From the NCBI GenBank assembly GCA_045600525.1, contig JAZRYC010000159.1:1-61702 (forward strand): a stretch of 61,702 bases of DNA. Reading direction: 5' to 3'. Of this stretch, positions 51,901 to 58,708 are shown in pieces. Within the stretch, counting starts at the first letter, position 1. Each line of letters begins with the position of its first letter. The notes under the pieces were generated by a model that saw nothing but the letters and a program-made list of their open reading frames with translations, made no database searches and was not told the origin of the DNA. The position numbers and the translations under genes were made by a program. Source of the stretch: Bacteroidales bacterium (GTDB lineage Bacteria > Bacteroidota > Bacteroidia > Bacteroidales > WCHB1-69).

Positions 51901-53868
51901 GGTAACAACCATGGTCCTATCACCTCTTGGTTAACCGCTAACATTACAGAAAATCAGGAAATCGTTGTTACGCTCGCCTTGAACGAATACGACGTAACCA
52001 CGGCTGCATACGGTAATGGTACGGTTTCCGAAGGCGCACACTTCATCTATGGTAATGACAACGACTATGTATTCGTTGCAACACCTGCAACAGGATATCA
52101 TATCTCCACCATCCTCTTGAACAACGAACCTCTGACCATCACGGATCCTGAGGCTGTCTTCACCGACACGTTGTTGGATGTAATGGACAACTATGATTAT
52201 GTTGCATACTTCGTTCCTAATGTTTACAACATCACCGCTACCTCCGGCGCACATGGTATTGTAACACCTACGGGTATGAGCAGCTATGAATATGGTACTT
52301 CTGCCACCTACACGATTACTCCTGAAAGCGGTTACTATATCGCTTCCCTGATGGTGGATGGTGAAGCAGTTGCTGTTGCTGGTACTTACACCTTCGACAA
52401 CATTGCCGCAAACCATACGATTGCTGCAACCTTCGCACAGGCTGCTTATACTATAACTGTTGAAGACGCTGTAAACGGTACGATTACACCGGGTACCTCT
52501 ACCTATGGTTATGGTGCTACACCTACCTTCACAATCACGCCTAACGTTGGTTACTACGTTTCCGATGTAACTGTTGATGGCGAAAGCGTTGGTGCCGTTA
52601 GTGCATACACCTTCACGGCATTACAGGCAAACCACACGATTGCTGCAACCTTCGCACAAACGATGTTCACGATTACGGCTACTTCTGAAAACCATGGTAC
52701 GATTGCCGGACCTGCTACGGTTGCTTACGGTGCTGATGCTACCTATACCATCACTCCTGACGCCGGCTATCAGATTGCAGACGTCTTGGTTGACGGTTTG
52801 AGCGTGGGTACTAATGCCACCTACACCTTCGAAGATGTGACGGCTGACCACACTATCCATGCTATGTATGCTGTGGCTAATTACACGATTACTGTAAACC
52901 AACCGCTTCACGGTAACATTACGCCGGGTACGACAGTGGTTAACTACCATGCTACACCAAGCTTCGTTATCACTCCTGAAACGGGTTATGAAGTAGCTAC
53001 CATCATGGTGGGCAGCAACAACGTGATGAGCGCCGCCACGGAAGTCAATGGTGTTTACACCTATGTGTTCCCGATGGTAACCGCTAACCAAACGCTTACC
53101 GCCACCATGCGTGCTAAGACCTTCACGATCACAGCTACAGCGGGTGCCAATGGTACAATCAACGGACCTTCTACCGTGGCATACGGTCAGAATGCTACCT
53201 ACACGATTACCCCTGCCGCTGGTTATGAAGTAGAAAACGTAACGGTTGACGGTATGTCCTTCGGACCTCGTACATCCTACGTATTCGCCAATGTGGTGGA
53301 TAACCACACCATCCATGCAACCTTCAAGGCTCAGTTCTGCGAACAGCCGACCAATATGCAGGTTATCAACATTACCACTTCTTCCGCTACCTTGTCATGG
53401 TATCACGAAGGTGCTCCTTCATACGATATCGAATACAAGAAGGCTTCCAGCACCGATTGGACTCTCATCCAGAATGTTCCTGGCTATACTTATGATTTGA
53501 CAGACCTCGATGACAACACCGCATACATATGGCGCATCAAGGCTAACTGTATGGCTAACAATTCCAGCGAATGGACCAACGGTACTAACTTCGTAACACT
53601 CGTCAATGGCATCCAACCTGGTGTTGAAGATCACGTTGCAAACTTAGTGAATGTATTTGCTACGCAGAACAACGTCAATATCATCAACGACTACGATGTC
53701 AATATTGAAAATGTGATGATTTACGATGTTTATGGTAAGTTGATCTACACGGGCAAAGTTAGCAGCAACAGAGAGGTCATCTCCCTGAATGTGGCTACGG
53801 GCACGTATGTAGTAAGATTGGCAACCGACAAGGGTATGGCAAGCTACAAGCTCTATATCGGTAGATAA
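39922..53868 (+). CDS. Giant (4648 aa) T9SS-secreted surface protein/adhesin with FN3, CUB-like, OB-like, chitobiase-C-like and bacterial-repeat domains
   Basis: Signal peptide; APTF..IYYTLDGTTP; many FN3 modules (Y.VRVKAVC); CUB-like TTCHGNIYDDGG; six SQQI[FY]-type modules; YTIT..G.NGTI repeats; C-terminal IYDVYGKL...GTYVVRL. Confidence 0.88.
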   Translation: MKKHFTQLRLALVGFLVCLMSVSMMAQRVTLDFTSNDWAFPVSSNSGLTNANTYTYDGYSIILQASTKYYYHTDGYLMIGKNNSTITLPAFDFPVEKIEVVGRAGASASTKQNIYVGTTAVSTQTTGSTSTQTYNIADEYQGAGNVYVFKVESNHNAQVTYIKVYEKNEAVDTSVVAPTFDLVAGKYYSDQMITLTAEEGANIYYTLDGTTPSVETGILYTQPIAVNTTTTIKAIAVLGEGTSPVVSAVYTFPTFEEYDNIAAFKAAANTSVGRINNDVTVLFQTADKYHTFIQDESGAIYIYGTLSQAYVAGDVISGGVFGKYKLYNNMAELTPENGAPLAAGVAGDAVQPTEVSIDSLIANYSKYEGMLVTVSGLKLGANATWTPGTAGSGVNASANGQTIQIYNTFKVLDTTIVANSFVNVTGLVIRYNSTVEIAPRGNADITAAPAEPAALPYFADFDRSADPNFVFDNGATGDQWFVGQAQDFDNNKLFVSSTNGATNKYNTGVAANITAMRQMEIPAMGAVLNFDFRGMGENNGDYLAVEIQKGNNIATYKFSGSNEWNNKTIQINPSFAGVVDVRFVWVNNGNNAGTQFPAAIDNISVTEALCAQPMNVLASVEGNAATISWTVSDSTQNAWVVEYKLEDHNEWYSVNATTNSVVLNDLQGSSKYDVRVKAVCGEESSAYAEGSFLVNCLNLITRTTQQNQQINASQSGTNSFVPADCYWEYTVSQQIYTPTELGNAGRLYSISFLNTNRNQFGPREVEIYLKQSDKTSFANSTDWESKDGFTKVFDGTMNVAANDWTEITFNRAYTYNGSSNLVLMVINKSGTYFGSSSNKLTYSAFNAGNNRAMHVYSGSTEYTLDNYAGASGTRINYCNVVKFKKDVTTYECNDQISCQDPSNLTVKDITTEGATITWTAAANEHNFVLDYKTADAEEWTSVEVDDTTYTIAGLSQKTDYLVRVKAVCGENDHSNYTDEVAFTTSSVCAPVTDVTNSNLSTTTTISWTPGGEETEWDLQFKPTEAGEDAWVNIHIGGIASTTFGGLMEQTEYQVRIMALCDPEDEANQSAWTYYTFTSGCAPKDLPYEEYFVTNNLPDCWETNGFTFGGQAEAAATDLTLMTPPINVAPTGNTYISFDAKGGAYTILASYRGTAMDRFATIYTGEANEEMTHVVVLVPAAYRDKATNFLFVCNGEELTIDNVVITTCPFIPSELVAANPTVNSVELSWDGAGAEQWILEYANTQDNNWNQVTVDTFNYVLTGLDANSTYIFRVKSACGSNMSDYSNIAEATTYCAPIEVPYTQEFNESEMPSCWNTFFTGTCPSNGASVYGGALRLLNTYNASSDRGDYYGDIYAVLPEVIDTITAVQVSFDAMTYNGYDGQIAVGVITDMNDPYESFKLYKMITPTANWAENVVSFENYTYADGRIAFFMDKSFASNTNQGVLIDNVVIDYIPSCPKPMAFTATVASESSVQLNWNYGGNENKWDVEYGVAGFAHGEGTMITTSIRPTTIGNLTYGQTYDFYLRARCSNDDQSVWVGPVTTTIEVSYVMGEDYNITTCHGNIYDDGGVNGLYSNNFDETMVINPSSPASLVVLEGSYTLAANDTLFVYDGNSVDAPLYAAFVDGSYVTLTSSYGPFTLRLKSDNSNAFSGFAFAVSCQDAPTCSEVENITFDGGNTFTWTNGYWGTPQSYNVRYRKTNESEYTVVNVSSATYSIPGMQNMAYEFGVQAVCGDEDASDWTTIEVTKEACPMPTDLDVTVSETSAQFTWNAGQPGQTYVLEYKRATAVEWVSVSATQNTYTLSNLDAPQNYVARVKAICTTGDESEYTSEVSFTVLPAIDDCTIPTLIQNGTGTNSSSYQIPVSSYYYNSYTQQLYTEAELTEMGIVPGAIVKTLSLNYFNSTPTVRPITVWLGTTNISSFSGSFVAIDDNFQQVFTDNCFEFSNRDNNWSTITFEQPFIYNGGNLVISFLMNYMDAPSSSCFTRYGGNYNFYLSDVTGKAVYCTDDYTNHRLEINSQGLPSQGGSNKSATSVSYRYNVKFGVCLGEVVNTCPAPTDIETGDITAHSVDMTWTPGGDETSWTVIYTVDGVTVDTVVNTPALTIADLNRDSDYNIPVSVYANCDLQSDAASTALVFRTLPTCFAPTDVAFNGTKVVWNGTSQSYNVQYRKVGDVEYTTDVTNINSYTISDIVWGDSYEFMVQGDCGEEDGTSSWVSISFTTPECAGGVSVAIGNGTSTTYYVPTYTNYNYSYSQQIFKASEIGGVAGSINEMKIQISSTSAYTRKLDVYLMHTTNDIISSWLPITDATKVYSGNLTLTNVGGWMTIPFTTPFEYNGTDNLVLIVDDNTGSYPGSTYFYYTSVPSGTSMYYYSDGTNVNPASVSVSGTKGTYRNNVKFNICPPPTCSAPTNLAYDAATSNLTWSDGTHGTPESYEVQYRVVDSEAWTSATTTEPTATLSNLELASTYEARVRSFCSAEDYSDWTNVINFTTPECLGGVNVVFEPSSSVSEYLPFYGFYGYAYSQQIFEASELNAVAGSIKSISFNCISAPDAQKTGGIHIWLGHTTKSQFNSNTDYIDPSTLTEVIAMPSNQNYAYQTGWNTFTFDVPFEYDGESNLVVAYYEGCSGYSSAQFVGHTTSTNKSISHYSDSQGSVSSTNPASASGNKYFDKVRNNIKLNICPPPTCSAPISLTFNGETNTLTWEAGSYGTPQSYEVLYRAQDAEGWTVVTTTEPTLTLNDLELSTTYEAQVRANCSETDQSEWTSAISFSTPACWGAVDVAIGTGTSTTYFVPTHTNYKYSYSQQIFKADEIGAAGMINDLKIQIQSTSAYTRKLDVYLMHTDQNTIPTTWLPITGATKVYSGNLTLTNVDGWMTIPFTTPFAYNGTDNLVLIVDDNTGSDPGGTYFYCTSVPSGTLRYYYYDNTDFDPASPTTSGNQYAGTYRNNVKFEMCPPPTCYDPTNVTVTDVTATTAVVSWTPGHGETNFSLEYQAADEAEWQAIMVEGTQYTLTDLTKITDYNVRVKAVCDVDDESDYSSIVSFTTPPSCFTPENLQLKELNSFTSGFQAVIAWTDEHEQTNFALEYKLAEDSTWTVLTVDTTMAELNNLAENSAYDVRVKAVCGENDESEYAKAISVVTSCLGGYDVDVLIGEGTQTTYNVPVNPYYNYSYTQQIFTKDEVPAGNINAVSFQYAYSSAITSKNNVKIYLTTTDKEEFSSASDFVTDGFQLVYEGAMNCTRGWNTFNFTTPYQYDGQSNLVLIVEDNSGNYNNSSYVFNYTNTSFISSLYYQSDNDSFAEADYPEEYTYVGSFRANTKFAVVGCPANYDLAVDSIAPIMDACDLSDAQVTIRVNNTSYKNSVSTFNASYQVGESIVTETVTPATPIAPQESFVYTFAQHPAFVDGSNNVVVTIDYAEDEDASNNTIALNGVHQVVPATVPYVENFSNVTFNRMGWKNGNLNENKHLWTVTRDGVATYMDNDEMDAESYFMTSCIEIPEGQYMISYDYNALSALSESMNVYIGTTPDIASMSLIGSHSNFTQTAEMQNYEYLFTNDAAGIYYIAVEALSAKGNMGIQFDNLTITPMVDVTVEILPGQNGLENGTVTPIGSLKVPYNSDLTISIVPDNMYHLAGVWVDGNRTMAEDPLNASFMMYTLSNITEAHTISVNFKMEFHINKYAVNYNDQYTEVGGHFVPAYTDTLLDPTAHDVTMVADEHYHLHSLVVGTMPPASAGALIVGDEVISDVVFDPATRTYTYTIDTLYVGNYYVQAMFRRDTVAIEYTTIAGTGLYDGHQVAEGETFASYTDYGTDYTSQIDAPEGFILMNVIADGVQMDPVSEYTFDSVVTPRSLAGIYGHSVIASVENHNPNGYLGSTDVRGTIAPDTQIVVHGDAATVTGTVEENFFLHNFYVNGVDRLNEVVFSTGNSYTFTLDEVTENTNIVAVVRIDTLHIHYVVDAGNGIINGDEMDAPAESWITLDYGSDFTSTFAPVTGYHLVNVAVNGNNHGPITSWLTANITENQEIVVTLALNEYDVTTAAYGNGTVSEGAHFIYGNDNDYVFVATPATGYHISTILLNNEPLTITDPEAVFTDTLLDVMDNYDYVAYFVPNVYNITATSGAHGIVTPTGMSSYEYGTSATYTITPESGYYIASLMVDGEAVAVAGTYTFDNIAANHTIAATFAQAAYTITVEDAVNGTITPGTSTYGYGATPTFTITPNVGYYVSDVTVDGESVGAVSAYTFTALQANHTIAATFAQTMFTITATSENHGTIAGPATVAYGADATYTITPDAGYQIADVLVDGLSVGTNATYTFEDVTADHTIHAMYAVANYTITVNQPLHGNITPGTTVVNYHATPSFVITPETGYEVATIMVGSNNVMSAATEVNGVYTYVFPMVTANQTLTATMRAKTFTITATAGANGTINGPSTVAYGQNATYTITPAAGYEVENVTVDGMSFGPRTSYVFANVVDNHTIHATFKAQFCEQPTNMQVINITTSSATLSWYHEGAPSYDIEYKKASSTDWTLIQNVPGYTYDLTDLDDNTAYIWRIKANCMANNSSEWTNGTNFVTLVNGIQPGVEDHVANLVNVFATQNNVNIINDYDVNIENVMIYDVYGKLIYTGKVSSNREVISLNVATGTYVVRLATDKGMASYKLYIGR

Positions 53869-53888
53869 TCTTTCAAATATAAATATTC

Positions 53889-53915
53889 AAGGGTGGCATT
53901 CGCCACCCTTTTTTT
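53889..53915 (+). terminator. Intrinsic terminator followed by the glnA -7 box
   Basis: AAGGGTGGC-ATTC-GCCACCCTT plus a T tract; TATATTTG at 53917-53924. Confidence 0.85.
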
Positions 53916-53961
53916 GTATATTTGCGGCCCTGTTTGAAAATAATAATAAAAAAATATAGAT

Positions 53962-55470
53962 ATGAAAGAAACAACAACAATGAGTATGAATCCTTTGGTT
54001 AACTATCTGAAGAAAAGTCCGAAGGAATTCACCAAGGCAGACATGATTAAGTATGTCGAAGAAAACGAAATCCGTATGATTAATTTCCACTATGTGGCCG
54101 GCGACGGAAGAATAAAGACGTTGGGGTTCGTTTTGCACAGTCGTGAATATTTGGAGCAGATCCTTTCCAATGGCGAACGTGTGGATGGTTCTAACATTTT
54201 TCCTGCCTTTATTCACGCCGGTTCATCCGACTTATATGTGATTCCCCGTTTCTCCACGGCTTTCGTCAACCCATTTGCCGAAATTCCAACCTTGTCATTC
54301 CTTTGTTCTTATTACAACAAAGATGGTCAGCCGTTGGAAAATTCTCCGGAATATATTCTCCGCAAAGCCTGCAAGGCCTTTACCGAAGTTACGGGTATGT
54401 ATTTCCAGGCTATGGGCGAATTGGAATACTACGTCATCGGTGATGCCGAAGAACTTTATACGATTCCCGATCAACGTGGTTATCATGAAAGTGCTCCGTT
54501 TACCAAGTTTGAGACTTTCCGCGCAGAATGTATGTATCAGATTGCCAAAGCCGGCGGTTTGATCAAATACGGTCATTCCGAAGTGGGTAATTTCACGCAG
54601 GATGGTAAGATTTACGAGCAGAATGAAATCGAATTTCTTGTTACCGATGTCCAAGAAGCCGCCAATCAGCTTGTTTTGGCAAAATGGATTATCCGTAACT
54701 TGGCCTATCAATATGGTTTGGATGTTACCTTTTCGCCGAAAATCACCGCTGGAAAGGCCGGTAGCGGTCTCCATATCCATACCTGCATCGTCAATGCGGA
54801 CGGCAAAAACCAATATGTTACAAAGGGCAAGCTGAACTCTATTGCCAAAACAGCCATAGCCGGCTATATGACTTGCGCAGGCTCCCTGACCGCTTTCGGA
54901 AACACCAATCCTACTTCCTATTTCCGTTTGGTTCCTCATCAGGAAGCGCCTACTTCCGTATGCTGGGGCGACCGCAATCGTTCCGTCTTAGTGCGTGTTC
55001 CGTTGGGATGGACGCATAAGAACGACATTGTTGCCGACCTCAATCCGAATGAAAAGGCCGTGAAGAAAGACCGTTCCCAAAAGCAGACCGTTGAATTCCG
55101 TTGTCCGGATGGTTCTGCCGACATCTATTTGCTACTCGCCGGTCTTGTTTGCGCCGCCCGTCATGGCTTTGAAATGGAAGGTGCCCTCGACTTTGCCGAA
55201 AAGACGTATGTCGATGTTGATATTCACCGTCCTGAAAACAAACAGCTGGTGGCAAGTCTGGCTCAACTTCCCGCTTCTTGCTGGGAATCAGCCGACGAAC
55301 TCAGCGCACACCGCACCATTTTCGAAAAACACGGTGTGTTCAACAGCGAGATGATCGATGACATCGTTAAGCAATTGAAGTCTTTCAAGGATCAGAAAAT
55401 CCGTAAGGAAATTGAAAAGAAACCTGAAATCATGACCCAAATGGTTCATGAATATTTCTATTGCGGCTAA
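53962..55470 (+). CDS. glnA: Glutamine synthetase (GSI-like)
   Basis: VDGSNI, GELEYY, HSEVG, QNEI, GSGLHIH, RLVPHQEAP, NRSVLVRVP, EFRCPD. Confidence 0.9.
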   Translation: MKETTTMSMNPLVNYLKKSPKEFTKADMIKYVEENEIRMINFHYVAGDGRIKTLGFVLHSREYLEQILSNGERVDGSNIFPAFIHAGSSDLYVIPRFSTAFVNPFAEIPTLSFLCSYYNKDGQPLENSPEYILRKACKAFTEVTGMYFQAMGELEYYVIGDAEELYTIPDQRGYHESAPFTKFETFRAECMYQIAKAGGLIKYGHSEVGNFTQDGKIYEQNEIEFLVTDVQEAANQLVLAKWIIRNLAYQYGLDVTFSPKITAGKAGSGLHIHTCIVNADGKNQYVTKGKLNSIAKTAIAGYMTCAGSLTAFGNTNPTSYFRLVPHQEAPTSVCWGDRNRSVLVRVPLGWTHKNDIVADLNPNEKAVKKDRSQKQTVEFRCPDGSADIYLLLAGLVCAARHGFEMEGALDFAEKTYVDVDIHRPENKQLVASLAQLPASCWESADELSAHRTIFEKHGVFNSEMIDDIVKQLKSFKDQKIRKEIEKKPEIMTQMVHEYFYCG

Positions 55471-55484
55471 TAGAATTATTTCTT

Positions 55485-55511
55485 GTGGGGACGCGATTCA
55501 TCGCGTCCCTA
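55485..55511. repeat. REP-like palindrome (GTGG/GTAG type)
   Basis: GTG-GGGACGCGAT-TC-ATCGCGTCCC-TA. Confidence 0.65.
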
Positions 55512-55530
55512 ATAAAAAATAACGAAAATA

Positions 55531-56031
55531 ATGAATTATACAACAATCATTGTAACCTTCCTGATAGTGGCGACCATTCTCGTAGTGGCCAAGTTGGCTA
55601 TTGACTATAGTGTCAAGAGGCAGTCTTTGGATAACGGAAAGACGGTCAAGGGCATTGTGCTGCCTTTGCGTTTGCAGGCTTACGAGCGTATGGCACTTTT
55701 TTTGGAACGCATAGAGCCGAACCAACTGGTGATGCGCATCCATAGTCAGGGACTGAGTGTGGCGCAGGAGCAAAACCTTTTGCTGACTGCCATCCGTTCG
55801 GAATTCGAGCACAACCTTTCGCAGCAGATTTATATCTCCACTCCGGTTTGGAATCAGGTCAGCGGTGCTAAAGACGACATCATCGACATCATCAATGCCG
55901 TGGCTGCCACCTTTGAGCCCAATGCGGATTCTTTGGACTTTGCGGAGGCATTGCTGGCTGCGGCAGCCGAAAAGCCGGTGGTCTATCAGGCCATGTCCGT
56001 CTTGAAGGCCGAAGTGCAAAGACTGTATTAG
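55531..56031 (+). CDS. Conserved Bacteroidota membrane-anchored hypothetical protein
   Basis: N-terminal transmembrane helix; LRLQAYERMALFLERI, IRSEFEHNLSQQIY. Confidence 0.75.
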   Translation: MNYTTIIVTFLIVATILVVAKLAIDYSVKRQSLDNGKTVKGIVLPLRLQAYERMALFLERIEPNQLVMRIHSQGLSVAQEQNLLLTAIRSEFEHNLSQQIYISTPVWNQVSGAKDDIIDIINAVAATFEPNADSLDFAEALLAAAAEKPVVYQAMSVLKAEVQRLY

Positions 56032-56105
56032 TGAACATCCATGTGTAATGCGATGATCGTATTGCACATTTAATAAATTATTATAAACCATAAAAGTACA
56101 ATTCT

Positions 56106-57734
56106 ATGAACAACGCAAATTATGCATTCAGAGAACCCCAAAACGAACCGGTATATTCATACGCACCCGGCACACCTGAAAGAAAACTTTTACAAGATGA
56201 ATTGGATAGACAATATAACCAAGTCATTGAAATTTGCCCGATAATCGGTGGCAAAGAAGTAAAGACGGGTGATATGGGCAAAGTCGTCATGCCGACAGAA
56301 CACGCCCACGTTTTGGCAAACTACCACAAAGTTGGCAAAAAAGAGGTTCAAATGGCTATTGATGCCGCCATGGCTGCCAAGAAGGATTGGGAAGAAATGC
56401 CTTGGATTCAAAGAGCTTCCATCATGATGAAGGCAGGTGAACTCTTAGCCACCAAATACAGATACATTCTGAATGCCTCCTGTATGCTGGGACAAGGAAA
56501 GAGTCCTATGCAGGCTGAAATCGACTGTCCTTGTGAAGCCATTGACTTTTTGCGTTTCAATACGTACTTTGCATCCCAACTCTATGCGCAACAGCCCATT
56601 TCCGATCATGCTACGCTGAATCGCAATGAGTATCGCGGTATGGAAGGTTTTGTGTATGCCATCACGCCGTTCAACTTTACCTCCATTGCATTGAATTTGA
56701 ATGTGGCTCCGGCTTTGATGGGTAACGTGACCATTTGGAAACCATCCACTACGGCTATTCTTTCTAACTATTATTTGATGAAGTTGTTACAGGAAGCAGG
56801 TCTTCCCGATGGTGTTATCAACTTCCTCCCCGGCAGCGGTTCCGTTATCAGCGAGGTGGCCTTCAAATCACCGCATTTGGCAGGTATCCATTTCACAGGT
56901 AGCACTTCCACTTTCAAAAGCTTCTGGAAGCTGATCGGTGAAAACATCGACATCTACAACACCTATCCTAAGATTGTTGGCGAAACCGGTGGTAAGGACT
57001 TCATCTTCGCCCACAAGAGTGCTCCCGCACGTGAACTGGCTGTGGCCATCCTTCGTGGCGCCTTTGAATATCAAGGACAGAAATGTTCCGCCGCATCTCG
57101 CGCCTATGTTCCTAAATCCCTTTGGGAACCCACTTTGAATCATATCAAAGAGATGATGACGACGGTGAAGATGGGTGATGTGCGTGATTTCTCCAATTTT
57201 GTCAATGCCGTGATCGATGAAAAATCATTTGACAATATTGCTGGTTATATAGACAGAGCAAAGGCATCTAACGATGCAGAAATCGCCTTGGGAGGCCATT
57301 ACGACAAGTCGGTGGGATATTTTGTGGAACCTACCATTATCGTGGCTAAGAAACCCGACTATGAGTCTATTTGCGAAGAAATCTTCGGACCCGTCATCAC
57401 GGTTTACGTGTATGAGGATGATAAATTTGAAGAAATGCTTCATGTTTGCGATGAGACTTCTCCGTATGCCCTTACGGGATCCATTTTCTCCCAAGATCGT
57501 TATGCAATTGAAAAGGCAGAACAGATTCTTCGTCATTCTGCCGGTAACTTCTATATTAATGACAAACCGACGGGTGCTGTGGTGGGTTGCCAGCCGTTTG
57601 GCGGCGCACGTGCCTCCGGTACCAATGACAAGGCCGGCAGTATGCTCAATCTGGTTCGTTGGATCAGTGCACGCTGCATTAAGGAAACCTACGTTCCTGC
57701 TACGGATTATGGTTACCCCTTCTTGGCAAAGTAA
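56106..57734 (+). CDS. pruA: Delta-1-pyrroline-5-carboxylate dehydrogenase
   Basis: PFNF, FTGST, GETGGKDF, FEYQGQKCSA, EEIFGP, QPFGGARASGTNDK. Confidence 0.95.
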   Translation: MNNANYAFREPQNEPVYSYAPGTPERKLLQDELDRQYNQVIEICPIIGGKEVKTGDMGKVVMPTEHAHVLANYHKVGKKEVQMAIDAAMAAKKDWEEMPWIQRASIMMKAGELLATKYRYILNASCMLGQGKSPMQAEIDCPCEAIDFLRFNTYFASQLYAQQPISDHATLNRNEYRGMEGFVYAITPFNFTSIALNLNVAPALMGNVTIWKPSTTAILSNYYLMKLLQEAGLPDGVINFLPGSGSVISEVAFKSPHLAGIHFTGSTSTFKSFWKLIGENIDIYNTYPKIVGETGGKDFIFAHKSAPARELAVAILRGAFEYQGQKCSAASRAYVPKSLWEPTLNHIKEMMTTVKMGDVRDFSNFVNAVIDEKSFDNIAGYIDRAKASNDAEIALGGHYDKSVGYFVEPTIIVAKKPDYESICEEIFGPVITVYVYEDDKFEEMLHVCDETSPYALTGSIFSQDRYAIEKAEQILRHSAGNFYINDKPTGAVVGCQPFGGARASGTNDKAGSMLNLVRWISARCIKETYVPATDYGYPFLAK

Positions 57735-57755
57735 GTTATTGTTGAATACCTATAT

Positions 57756-57784
57756 GGGGGGACAGATTTCTGTCCCCCTTTTTT
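57756..57784 (+). terminator. Intrinsic terminator
   Basis: GGGGGACAGA-TT-TCTGTCCCCC plus a T tract. Confidence 0.85.
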
Positions 57785-57813
57785 GAAAAAACGTTTCTCC
57801 TTTTCCATTATCT

Positions 57814-58641
57814 TTGAATATGTTGCAGCAAATCAATTGTTCTGGAAGATTATTGTCTATTGACCATCCTTTGGTGATGGGTATACTTAATATCACGCAG
57901 GATTCCTTTTACGATGGCGGTCGATATACAACCGAATCAACAATATTAGCGCGTGCGGAGCAAATCCTTGCGGAGGGTGGGGACCTTATCGACATCGGCG
58001 CCGTTTCCACCCGTCCGGGTGCTTCTGTATGTGAAGCTGCTACGGAAATAGAAAACATTGTATGGGCGGTGGATGTTGTTAGGAGGCATTTTCCCAACGC
58101 GGTCATTTCCGTGGATACCTTCCGCTCGGAGGTGGCCCGTGCCGCCGCCGATAAAGGCGCTGACATTATCAACGACATCTCCGGCGGCACGTATGACGTG
58201 CAGATGATTCCCACCATCGGCGAATTGCAAATACCATACGTGCTGATGCACACGCCCGCCATGCCTGATCAAATGCAGCAGTGTACACAGTATGAGGATA
58301 TTTTGGCGGATATGCTGCAGTTTTTCGGTCGGCAGTTGAACCTCCTACGCCAACATTCGGTACACGATATTATCATTGATCCAGGTTTTGGTTTTGGCAA
58401 AACGTTGGAACAGAATTATTTTCTATTGGAAAATCTTTCCGTATTCAAAATATTGTCTTTCCCATTGTTGGTCGGCGTTTCTCGCAAATCAATGATTTAT
58501 AGGAAATTTGATACTACCCCCGAAGGGGCTTTGGAGGGCACGTTGTCGGTTACCAAAACGGCTATTGAAAATGGGGCTGACCTGTTAAGAGTGCATGATG
58601 TAGCCCAAACGGTTTCTCTGGTGCAAAGTATGTTGTTGTAG
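57814..58641 (+). CDS. folP: Dihydropteroate synthase
   Basis: MGILNITQDSFYDGG, STRPG, ISVDT, INDISG, DPGFGFGK, SRKS, RVHDV. Confidence 0.96.
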   Translation: MNMLQQINCSGRLLSIDHPLVMGILNITQDSFYDGGRYTTESTILARAEQILAEGGDLIDIGAVSTRPGASVCEAATEIENIVWAVDVVRRHFPNAVISVDTFRSEVARAAADKGADIINDISGGTYDVQMIPTIGELQIPYVLMHTPAMPDQMQQCTQYEDILADMLQFFGRQLNLLRQHSVHDIIIDPGFGFGKTLEQNYFLLENLSVFKILSFPLLVGVSRKSMIYRKFDTTPEGALEGTLSVTKTAIENGADLLRVHDVAQTVSLVQSMLL

Positions 58642-58708
58642 GTATGACTGTTTTCGTTTATGGCGACATGGTTTTTTCGTACTTTTGCCGCTCATTCTAT
58701 AATTGCCT

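Noticed and set aside
40171-53634. Many long antisense ORFs (for example 43600-44601 and 50503-51564)
   Set aside because: They are shadows of the codon-biased giant gene.
55498-56091. 197-aa minus-strand ORF
   Set aside because: It is antisense to a recognisable conserved plus-strand gene.
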